12,170 nt of DNA from Elusimicrobiota bacterium (lineage in GTDB: Bacteria > Elusimicrobiota > Elusimicrobia > UBA1565): contig JBDREN010000073.1 of assembly GCA_043819795.1 (NCBI GenBank), positions 1 to 12,170 of the forward strand. The letters run 5' to 3'. Under the pieces are notes generated by a model, which ran no database searches, was not told the origin of the DNA, and worked only from the letters and a program-made list of their open reading frames with translations. A program made the position numbers and the translations under genes. Positions 1 through 7,043 of the stretch are shown here, piece by piece (position 1 is the first letter of the stretch; every line of letters begins with the position of its first letter).

Positions 1-56
1 TGCCTATCGCGCCGGGGTAAAAACGGTATGGATTCCGCGACGCGCCGTCAACACCC

Positions 57-83
57 GCCCCCCGGGGCGCGCCCCCGGGGGGC
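57..83. terminator. GC-rich hairpin just downstream of the minus-strand PLD gene; possible terminator or RNA-stabilising stem
   Basis: GCCCCCCGGGG-cgcgc-CCCCGGGGGGC forms an 11-bp stem 27 nt past the stop codon at 111. There is no good U-tract, so the terminator role is uncertain. Confidence 0.4.
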
Positions 84-110
84 CGGTTCTCTTCCGCAGC
101 AGCCTCGTCG

Positions 111-1709
111 TCAGTCCGCCGCGGAGTAGCCTTCCACGCCGTCTTTGACGTGCCGGCATAGGAGGGTCGCCCGGACCATGGCGTCCAGGCGGGCCTGAAG
201 GTCCTCGCCCGAGGCGCCCGCGATCCCGCCCAACTGCTCGGCGGTGCGGAACTTCCCTTTATAGAGTGACTCCATGATCCCGCGGTTCTTCTCGTCGGCC
301 AGCAGCTCGAGGATGTCCTTGCGCAGGGCCCGGCCCTGGGGCCCGGTCACCACCTGGGGACCGCCGGTCACGGGCTCCGGGACGGGACCCTCCGCCTTGA
401 GCGCCGCCCAGATCGAGTCGTACTCCGCGAGGAACCGGTCGATGACGTCGGCGTGGCCCTTGTAGGCGCGCTCGAATACCATCAGGTTCTCGAAGTTGCG
501 CTCCTCGGCGGACTCCGACCAGTTATAGCTGCCCGTGGCCAGCACGTCCTTGTTGACGATCATGAGCTTGTGATGCAGCAGCAGGCTGCGATAGTGGGAG
601 AGCGCGGCCTCGCCCGCCTCCTCGTCGAAGCCGTAGGCGGTGGAGCGCCACTTGTAGCGGACCTCCATGTTCTTGAGCCCCTCGATCCGGATCCGCTCCT
701 CGAGCCACGGACCCATGAGGCCTATCCGCCCCTCGGTGACGGCGAGCATGCTCTGGTCCAGGAGTATCCGGAAGCGGGCGCCCTTGCGCATCTGCGCGTA
801 CCGGACCAGGGTGTCGGCCAGCTCCCGGTGCGTGAAGCTGAACATGGCCAAGTCCACGCTGCCTCCGCGCCATCCCACCGCCTTGATCAGCCTCTCCAGC
901 TCCTCGTCGATCCGGTATAACCTGTCTTCGGTCAGGGGCTCGCCGTTGAAGATCACCCGCACCCCGCCGGACACGGGATCGGCGGGGACGTACATCTCGC
1001 TCGCGCAGCGCTCTTGCGCGCAGGTGCCGTACTCGTTCCATAGGCGGGCGAACTCCTCCTGGAACTGGCGGGCCACGGCCGGCCGGTCCCGGAAGAAGAT
1101 GCGGTTCTCGGCGTAGACCTGATCCGAGCCCTCGGACACATTGGCGCTGCCCGCGAAAGACTCGTAGGGGACCTTGGACTCCGGACCGTAGAACACGCCG
1201 AACTTCTCGTGCATGGTCCCGTGGATGATCTTGCCGTTTGCGAGCTCGCGGACGCGGCCGCGGTCCTCCATGGCGGTCTTCGTGATGAGCTTGATCTGGA
1301 AATCGAACGGGAGTCCGTCCCGCTTCGCTTTGCGCCGCGCCACGGCGACGCGCTCGATGAGAGCCTTGCGGGAATCCGCACTCCATTCGGCGCCGGCGTC
1401 CAAGATCAGCTTCACGGCGACGTCCCGATCCGCGGCGGCCCGGATGAGCGCGTCCATCGTGTCCATGGTGCCCATAGCGTACATGCAGAGCTTGATGGCC
1501 CCGCCGTCTTCGGTGCGCTCGATCATGTCCTGAAGGGCGTTGGCCAGGGTCGCCTTGACCTCGCGTCCGTCGGGCAAAGTCAGGGCGCGCTCGTTGTTGC
1601 CGGGGCTGAAGCCTCCGTCCGGCGCGAAATAGACCTCGATGGGACCGCCGAAGGCGGCGGTCCAGACGAAAGGCGCGAAAGCCAGCGCGAGCGCGAATGG
1701 GCGAAACAT
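111..1709 (-). CDS. Exported phospholipase D/Nuc-superfamily protein with two PLD domains and a C-terminal winged-helix-like segment (532 aa)
   Basis: Two HxK motifs, each followed by GSxN: MHEKFGVFY...GSANVS and LHHKLMIVNKD...TGSYNWSESAEERNFEN. Typical PLD elements IEVYFAP, IKLCMYAM, VDLAMFSFT and RILLD are present. Start moved from 1793 to ATG 1709 because it has a GGGAGG RBS, is followed by a signal-peptide-like MFRPFALALAFAPFVWTAAFG, and has an extended -10 just upstream. Confidence 0.85.
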   Translation of the reverse strand: MFRPFALALAFAPFVWTAAFGGPIEVYFAPDGGFSPGNNERALTLPDGREVKATLANALQDMIERTEDGGAIKLCMYAMGTMDTMDALIRAAADRDVAVKLILDAGAEWSADSRKALIERVAVARRKAKRDGLPFDFQIKLITKTAMEDRGRVRELANGKIIHGTMHEKFGVFYGPESKVPYESFAGSANVSEGSDQVYAENRIFFRDRPAVARQFQEEFARLWNEYGTCAQERCASEMYVPADPVSGGVRVIFNGEPLTEDRLYRIDEELERLIKAVGWRGGSVDLAMFSFTHRELADTLVRYAQMRKGARFRILLDQSMLAVTEGRIGLMGPWLEERIRIEGLKNMEVRYKWRSTAYGFDEEAGEAALSHYRSLLLHHKLMIVNKDVLATGSYNWSESAEERNFENLMVFERAYKGHADVIDRFLAEYDSIWAALKAEGPVPEPVTGGPQVVTGPQGRALRKDILELLADEKNRGIMESLYKGKFRTAEQLGGIAGASGEDLQARLDAMVRATLLCRHVKDGVEGYSAAD

Positions 1710-1744
1710 GCCGGGGCCCTCCCGTTGCGGGATGTGTTGCCGGC

Positions 1745-1753
1745 ATTGTATCA
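1745..1753 (-). promoter_or_regulatory. Extended -10 promoter element (TGnTACAAT) for the PLD gene
   Basis: The reverse complement of attgtatca is TGATACAAT, about 35 nt upstream of ATG 1709. Confidence 0.55.
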
Positions 1754-1828
1754 GATGGGAAGCCGCACTCCCCATGCCGCCTCCGGCGACCATCGAGGCG
1801 CTCTACCGTCGCGAAAAAAGTGCCTCTG

Positions 1829-1876
1829 ACATACGTATGTTTCCCTGCTCCGGCGACAGCAAACATACAGACATAC
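1829..1876. promoter_or_regulatory. Cluster of ACATAC motifs; putative operator between divergent genes
   Basis: Perfect 12-bp palindrome ACATACGTATGT (1829-1840) plus ACATAC at 1863-1868 and 1871-1876. AT-rich relative to the flanks. Confidence 0.4.
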
Positions 1877-1927
1877 CTCCCGCTTCCCCGCACCCAAGAG
1901 CCGAAGTCGGACAGCTATTGGAAACGG

Positions 1928-1957
1928 TTGAAATGCCTCTCGGATTAGGTCTACAAT
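1928..1957 (+). promoter_or_regulatory. sigma70-like promoter for the LamG gene
   Basis: TTGAAA (1928-1933), 18-nt spacer, TACAAT (1952-1957). Confidence 0.6.
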
Positions 1958-2027
1958 GGTGTTGTTCGAAGGTCGCGGAATCTCACCTCGCCATCCCAGC
2001 CAGCGACCCGCCGGAAGGGAGGAATCA

Positions 2028-3122
2028 ATGCTCAAGAAGACAATGCCGGCACGCGCGCTTGGCCCGCTCGGCTGCGTTGCGATCGCCATGAGCTTTGCCT
2101 TTGTGACGGCTCAGACAGCGAGCGCGCAGATGACGTGTCCCAGCGGCATGGTGAACTATTGGACGTTCGACGACGGGACGATCGAGGGAAACACCGCTTA
2201 CGATGTGGTCGGAGGGAACCACGCCACGATCACCGGGGCGATATCGGATTCGGGGCGCGTGGGTGGAGCGTTGAGCTTCGACGGCAACGACCATGCGCTC
2301 ACCAACAGCGACATAAGCATAACGGGGAATCAGCCCAGGACCATGGAATTCTGGGCGAAGACGGATAATCTGACATCGACGCCCATCACCCAGCCGGTCC
2401 TCTGGTGGGGAGGCCTATCCACCGCGCGCCTGAACTTGATCACCTTCGGGAATTCGGGGAATACCGCCTTCTCCACGGCGATCTTCTTCGGCTTCTACCG
2501 CGACGTGTTGGGCGAAACGGCACTCCTTCCCGACGAGTGGACTCACGTGGCGGTGACGTACGATGGGACCCATATCAGGATATACATCAACGGGGTTTCG
2601 GGAGCCGCAAGCCCGCAAGCGCTCAACACCACCGCGAGCAGGATGACCATGGGCTACTACCCCGGCTGGCCCAGCTACTACATAGGCGAAGTCGACGAGA
2701 TAGCGATCTACGACAGGGCCCTGACAGCGGCCGAGATCCAAGGCCACTATCAGAGCGGCCTCATGGGCTACGGATACTGCATGCCGGACACCGACGGTGA
2801 CGGGATCGGCGACGACTTCGACGCGTGCGCCGCCACCCCGCCGGGAGAAGAGCTCGTCCGCGGATGCTCCGCCAGCCAGATGTCCGGCTCCGACGACGCG
2901 GACGGCGACGGAGCGACCGACGATGCCGACGCCTGCCCGGGCACGGACCCGGAACTGGAGCCGTACAGGCCCATCGCCGAAGGCTGCTCCTGCTACCAGA
3001 TCCTGGAGATGAAGCCCGGCGCGGACAAGGGCGAGATGAAGAACGGCTGCTCCAACGGGACCTTGGGCGGCTTCCTTAATCGGAAGGGCTGGGCCAAAGA
3101 CATCCCGCGACCGGGTCAATAG
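2028..3122 (+). CDS. Secreted LamG-like jellyroll (Laminin_G_3/pentraxin-like) protein with TSP3-like Ca-binding repeats and a Cys-containing tail (364 aa)
   Basis: GGAGG RBS before ATG 2028 and a signal peptide ending ...AQTASA. LamG motifs: YWTFDDG, GGALSFDG, TMEFW, WTHVAVTYDG..IYING, GEVDEIAIYDRALTAAEI. DTDGDGIGDDFDAC and DADGDGATDDADAC repeats. Tail GCSCYQILEMKPG..KGEMKNGCS. Confidence 0.85.
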   Translation: MLKKTMPARALGPLGCVAIAMSFAFVTAQTASAQMTCPSGMVNYWTFDDGTIEGNTAYDVVGGNHATITGAISDSGRVGGALSFDGNDHALTNSDISITGNQPRTMEFWAKTDNLTSTPITQPVLWWGGLSTARLNLITFGNSGNTAFSTAIFFGFYRDVLGETALLPDEWTHVAVTYDGTHIRIYINGVSGAASPQALNTTASRMTMGYYPGWPSYYIGEVDEIAIYDRALTAAEIQGHYQSGLMGYGYCMPDTDGDGIGDDFDACAATPPGEELVRGCSASQMSGSDDADGDGATDDADACPGTDPELEPYRPIAEGCSCYQILEMKPGADKGEMKNGCSNGTLGGFLNRKGWAKDIPRPGQ

Positions 3123-3153
3123 CCGAAGGATCCAGCGAGAAGACGTAGAGACA

Positions 3154-3190
3154 CGGCCCCCGACGCTAAAGCCTCGGGGGCCGCGCTTTT
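3154..3190 (+). terminator. Probable rho-independent terminator after the LamG gene
   Basis: Stem CGGCCCCCGA / TCGGGGGCCG (3154-3163 / 3174-3183) followed by cgcTTTT. Confidence 0.6.
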
Positions 3191-3325
3191 GCGCTGACGG
3201 CTTCACTTGGGGGAAGGGTGGCCAGCGCCATATGGATGGCGCGCAGAATCCTGACATCCACCCTGAAGATTCGGGAAGCATGCTTGCTCCAAGGCCCGCC
3301 TCAAAGGGAATATCCCCGTCGAGCA

Positions 3326-3607
3326 AACGGCTCCGGCCGCGACGCGGACCAGGACGGATGCGTGGACTCCGTGGATGACCTCGGGGCCACGATCGAAGCT
3401 TTGGAGCTGCCCGCGGGAACGCCCTCCTCGATCACAGAGAAGGCCGACAACGCCGCGGCCGCGGCGGAAAGAGGCAACTCCAATGCCGCGCGGAACGTCC
3501 TGGGGGCGTTCATCAACCGGATCGAGGCCCAGCGCGGCAAGAAGATCAGCGATGAGGAGGCTCAACTCCTCATCGACTTCGCCTTGAACGCGATCGGTGG
3601 GCTATAG
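3326..3607 (+). pseudogene. Orphan C-terminal fragment of a secreted protein: TSP3-like motif plus FIMAH-like helical tail (within ORF 3218..3607)
   Basis: NGSGRDADQDGCVDSVDDL...AARNVLGAFINRIEAQRGKKISDEEAQLLIDFA resembles C-terminal helical tails of extracellular proteins. The first ~35 codons of the 3218 ORF look non-coding, with no signal peptide. Confidence 0.55.
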
Positions 3608-3708
3608 AATCCGTCGCCGCGGCGTCAGGGTGCAACGGCAGTCCTGACACACAAAAAAGAGTCTGATTATACCAATACTATTTCGTATTCGGTGTCGGGT
3701 GGATGTCA

Positions 3709-3739
3709 TTGACTTGTCAGCGAAATGGGGTTATACAAT
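3709..3739 (+). promoter_or_regulatory. Putative sigma70 promoter for the collagen-like gene
   Basis: TTGACT (3709-3714), then TATACA at 17 nt or TACAAT at 19 nt spacing, within an AT-rich intergenic stretch. Confidence 0.45.
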
Positions 3740-3837
3740 CAGCAGAACAGGGTGGCCGAGGCCTTTGCCTTGACCGGCCGGATTTCTTTTTGCGCAGTGT
3801 TGACATTGAGCGATCAGTCCCATCGGATGGAGGAGAC

Positions 3838-5892
3838 ATGAACGGATCCATGAAGACTCTAATGATCCTCGGGGCCGCGATGGCCCTGGCAACGGCGAGC
3901 GCGACGGCCGGGTCGAACAAGGCCGAAGAGCATCCCGTCCAACTTGTGATCACGAAAGCGGCGGCGGACTTGGAGGCGGCCACACCCAAGCTGATCATCG
4001 AAGGCAGGAACTTCGGGAGCGATCCCCAGGTTCTGATGGGGAGGGGGGCGGGAGTTCTCGATGAGCTGCAGATCGCCTACTCCACCGACGACTGGATCGA
4101 GGCCGCGCTCGCGACAACCGAGCCCGGCACGTATCTGCTCATCGTCAACTCGGGCAACGGCGCCACCCAGACCTTCGCCACGGACGTTACGATCGGCGCG
4201 GTCGGGCCCGAAGGTCCCCAAGGACCGAAGGGGGACGAAGGCGACAAGGGCGACCAGGGAGATACCGGGCCGACGGGACCTCAAGGTCCCCAGGGAGAGC
4301 AGGGCGAGATAGGGCCGATGGGACCGGATGGGCCACACGGTGAGCAGGGCGATATCGGCGACACGGGCCCGCAGGGCGACAAAGGAGACCAAGGCGACAA
4401 GGGCGACCAGGGAGACACCGGGCCGATAGGACCGCAAGGCGCCAAGGGTGACACGGGAGATGCGGGACCCGCTGGAGCGGACGGCGCCAAGGGCGACACG
4501 GGAGATTCAGGACCCGCTGGAGCGGACGGCGCCAAAGGGGACACCGGTGACACGGGTCCCGCGGGAGCGGACGGAGCGCCGGGCCCGAAGGGCGACACCG
4601 GCGACACCGGACCGGCGGGGCCCGAGGGCGACTCATTCTGGACGCTGAACGGAGAGGACGTCTATCGGGACGCCGGCAAGCTCGGCATCGGGACGGCGAG
4701 CCCGGGGGGGGTCGCGCATTTCAGGTCGGCGGGCTACATAAATCCCGTCATCATCGAAGCCGCGTCGAACAGCGCCGCGCTGGATTTCCTGGAATCCGCC
4801 AGGAACCAGAGGTGGAGGCTTCAGATCCCCGGTGGAAGCTCCGCGGGCTACAGACTCGACAGCATGGAATACTGGGATGTGACCCACAACGCATCCCGGT
4901 TTATCGTCCGTGACGACGGGAACGTCTTCATGGGCCACAGCGGCGGCAACGTCGGGATCGGCACGACGAGCCCGGCAGCGAAGCTGGACGTGGCCGGCAC
5001 GGTGAAGGCGAACGCGTTCGTCGGCGACGGCTCGGGGCTGACGAACCTGCCGACGGGGGGCGGCTCGAGCCCGTGGACGGTGGGTTCGGGGCTGATCCAC
5101 TACGACGGCGGCAGGGTCGGCGTCGGGACGGCGAGCCCGGGCGGGATCGCGCATTTCAAGTCGGAAGGCTTCATCAACCCCGTCATCATCGAGGCCGCGT
5201 CGGACAGCCCCGCGCTGGACTTCGTGGAATCCGCCAGGAACCAGAGGTGGAGGATCCAGATCCCCGGCGGATGGTCCGCGGCCTACAGGCTCGACGGCAT
5301 GGAATACTGGGACGTTACCAACAACGTATCTCGGTTCATCGTCCGTAACGACGGGGACGTCTTCATGGGCCACAGCGGCGGCAACGTCGGCATCGGGACG
5401 ACCACCCCCGGAGCCAAGCTCGAGGTGGCGGGCCAGGTCAGGATAACCGGCGGATCACCCGGAGACGGCAAGGTTTTGACCTCGGACGCGAGCGGCACAG
5501 CAGCCTGGGAAACGTTGCCTGAAGCGATCAGCGGGATCCCGGAGGGATTCACGAAGACGGCCGGCGTGATCCACACCGGGAGACAGCCTCGGGCCATCCA
5601 CAAGGACGCGGGGAGATACTGCGCCACGTTGAGCGCGCACATATGCGAAGCCGTCGAATACAGCCGGGCCGGCCTGGGCTGGTACGACAACTCGAACCCC
5701 ATGGCCAGCGACCACTTGTTCTGGGCGGGCTCCACCGCCTGGAACGCCGTGGCCAACTGCGTGGAATACTCATGCACGGTCGGAGCGACCGTGGAGGCAG
5801 GGAGTCACGACGGCAATTCATACCAGCTCGGGCCGCTGAATCCCTGCTCGACCAGGTGCGACAGAACGCTGTACTACCACTGCTGCAAGTAG
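3838..5892 (+). CDS. Secreted collagen-like fibre/adhesin: signal peptide, Ig/IPT-like domain, collagen triple helix, two GIGT-repeat modules, Cys-rich tip (684 aa)
   Basis: GGAGGAG RBS before ATG 3838. Signal peptide MKTLMILGAAMALATASATA. LIIEGRNFG..P.V and PGTYLLIV are Ig/IPT-like. 49 uninterrupted Gly-X-Y triplets. GNVGIGTTSPAAKLDVAG and GKVLTSDASGTAAW fibre motifs. C-terminus has 8 Cys and ends YYHCCK. Confidence 0.85.
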   Translation: MNGSMKTLMILGAAMALATASATAGSNKAEEHPVQLVITKAAADLEAATPKLIIEGRNFGSDPQVLMGRGAGVLDELQIAYSTDDWIEAALATTEPGTYLLIVNSGNGATQTFATDVTIGAVGPEGPQGPKGDEGDKGDQGDTGPTGPQGPQGEQGEIGPMGPDGPHGEQGDIGDTGPQGDKGDQGDKGDQGDTGPIGPQGAKGDTGDAGPAGADGAKGDTGDSGPAGADGAKGDTGDTGPAGADGAPGPKGDTGDTGPAGPEGDSFWTLNGEDVYRDAGKLGIGTASPGGVAHFRSAGYINPVIIEAASNSAALDFLESARNQRWRLQIPGGSSAGYRLDSMEYWDVTHNASRFIVRDDGNVFMGHSGGNVGIGTTSPAAKLDVAGTVKANAFVGDGSGLTNLPTGGGSSPWTVGSGLIHYDGGRVGVGTASPGGIAHFKSEGFINPVIIEAASDSPALDFVESARNQRWRIQIPGGWSAAYRLDGMEYWDVTNNVSRFIVRNDGDVFMGHSGGNVGIGTTTPGAKLEVAGQVRITGGSPGDGKVLTSDASGTAAWETLPEAISGIPEGFTKTAGVIHTGRQPRAIHKDAGRYCATLSAHICEAVEYSRAGLGWYDNSNPMASDHLFWAGSTAWNAVANCVEYSCTVGATVEAGSHDGNSYQLGPLNPCSTRCDRTLYYHCCK
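4195..4635 (+). repeat. Collagen Gly-X-Y repeat region (49 triplets), including three tandem 45-bp units (GAKGDTGD[A/S/T]GPAGAD) at 4438-4572
   Basis: Direct translation from GAV GPE GPQ to GPA GPE GDS. Confidence 0.95.
4639..5433 (+). repeat. Intragenic duplication: 360-nt units at 4639-4998 and 5074-5433 (offset 435 nt)
   Basis: Colinear without gaps. GTASPGG.AHF.S.G.INPVIIEAAS..ESARNQRWR.QIPGG...MEYWDVT...VFMGHSGGNVGIGTT appears in both copies, with high DNA identity. Confidence 0.95.
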
Positions 5893-5956
5893 GACGTTGA
5901 GTTTGTTGAGTAAATCTTCGGCCCGGTCGCCGGGTCGTGGAAGAATTCAATGCCTG

Positions 5957-6027
5957 ACTCGGTACCGGGCACCTTTATTGAGTAACTCTTACTCGGTGCC
6001 TGGCACCTTTATCGAGTAACTTCTCGG
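5957..6027. repeat. Tandem 34-bp-period palindromic (REP-like) repeat between convergent genes
   Basis: ACTCGGTACCGGGCACCTTTATTGAGTAACT (5957-5987) and ACTCGGTGCCTGGCACCTTTATCGAGTAACT (5991-6021), then a partial TCTCGG. Internal palindromes GGTGCC-T-GGCACC and TTACTCG/CGAGTAA. Confidence 0.8.
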
Positions 6028-6034
6028 CTGGGTC

Positions 6035-6892
6035 TTACTGGTAGAAGTAGAGGGTTACCGCGTAGAGGCTCTCGCCGGCCGCGCCTCCGGACAACTCGGA
6101 GACCTTGGAGCCGATCATGCCCTTGCCCCGCGAGACGAGGAACTCCGTCCGCTCCGCGAGCCTCTCCTGCGCGCGCTCCATCGTCCCGGCGTAGCGGGTG
6201 ACCATCCCGATCTCGCGGCCGATATAGACCATCATCCATGTCTCCGGCTTCTGGATGATGGCGACGCCCGCGTCCTCAAGGACGTCGAAGTGGATATCGC
6301 CGCCCGGCCTCAGGACCCGCACCTGGGTCTCGGACTCCTGCATCTTCTCGGCCGTGGTCAGGTAGTAGATGGAGTAGGTGGGCAGAAGGGAATCGACGTC
6401 CACGATGTAGGAGGCGAGGATCCTTAGGCCCGCTTCCCCCATCTTTCCTACGACCATGTCCCGGTTGGCGCGCAGGGCCTGCTCGTCTTTGGGGGGGAAC
6501 TGCTTGGGCTCCGCCATGAATTCGCGGATGATCGTCCCGTTCCCGGTCTCGTAAGGGATGATGTAGAGGGCGATGTCCTCGCGGAGCTCCGGCTTGCCGA
6601 CCTTGATGCCGGCCGCGGACAAGATCGAGGTCCAGCGAGCCAACGCCTGCCGGTACTCGTCTTGGTTTTCCGCGCGCCCGACCAAAGAGCTGTCCCCGCA
6701 CCTGGGCAGGAGATGAACGCTTTCCACCCTGTCGTGCGGAGCCCCGTCGAAGACCGGGACATCCGCGGCGGCCTCCCGGACCTGCGCGGCTCCGGCGAAC
6801 AGAAAAACGGTCGACCCCAGAAGCCGCGAAGATCCCGCCCAAGCCGCGTTCGCCGTCATCATGGAGACAATCAGGATCGAAATCATTTTCAT
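6035..6892 (-). CDS. Hypothetical exported protein (285 aa)
   Basis: GGAGG RBS at 6904-6908 (minus strand), signal peptide MKMISILIVSMMTANAAWA, coding-like composition. No family recognised. Confidence 0.75.
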   Translation of the reverse strand: MKMISILIVSMMTANAAWAGSSRLLGSTVFLFAGAAQVREAAADVPVFDGAPHDRVESVHLLPRCGDSSLVGRAENQDEYRQALARWTSILSAAGIKVGKPELREDIALYIIPYETGNGTIIREFMAEPKQFPPKDEQALRANRDMVVGKMGEAGLRILASYIVDVDSLLPTYSIYYLTTAEKMQESETQVRVLRPGGDIHFDVLEDAGVAIIQKPETWMMVYIGREIGMVTRYAGTMERAQERLAERTEFLVSRGKGMIGSKVSELSGGAAGESLYAVTLYFYQ

Positions 6893-6924
6893 GGATAAAC
6901 CCGCCTCCGCGGACCAGCATGTAT

Positions 6925-6933
6925 ATTATAGCA
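6925..6933 (-). promoter_or_regulatory. Extended -10 promoter (TGCTATAAT) for the 6892 gene
   Basis: The reverse complement of attatagca is TGCTATAAT, a perfect TGnTATAAT, 32 nt upstream of the start codon. Confidence 0.65.
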
Positions 6934-6984
6934 TGGCCGGTGCGATTCCTCGGACCGGATTAAGAAATCTCCCTCAAAAACCCC

Positions 6985-6990
6985 TATAAT
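6985..6990 (+). promoter_or_regulatory. -10 element (TATAAT) for the KamA-like cluster
   Basis: Perfect TATAAT 53 nt upstream of ATG 7044. The -35 is weak. AAGGAG RBS at 7032-7037. Confidence 0.55.
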
Positions 6991-7043
6991 GGATTAACGC
7001 TCCATGGCCCGCCGGGCCGGGAGCCCAAGGCAAGGAGATATCT

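Noticed and set aside
4704..4711. G8 tract as a phase-variation switch in the fibre gene
   Set aside because: The tract is short, and similar G7-G8 runs occur in the amidohydrolase gene (10133-10139, 10890-10897), as expected in high-GC DNA.
4639..5433. Duplicated segment as a DGR template/variable repeat pair
   Set aside because: Mismatches are not adenine-specific (many G/C and T/C third-position changes), both copies are in-frame coding, and there is no reverse transcriptase in the window.
3838..5892. Prophage tail fibre / prophage region
   Set aside because: The protein has a Sec-type signal peptide and no other phage genes are present in the window.
5957..6027. CRISPR array
   Set aside because: Only two units separated by 3 nt, with no spacers and no cas genes.
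5893..6034. Integron attC site (GTTGAGT matches GTTRRRY)
   Set aside because: No properly placed complementary RYYYAAC/GTTRRRY pair with L boxes, the flanking genes are convergent with their own promoters, and there is no integrase.
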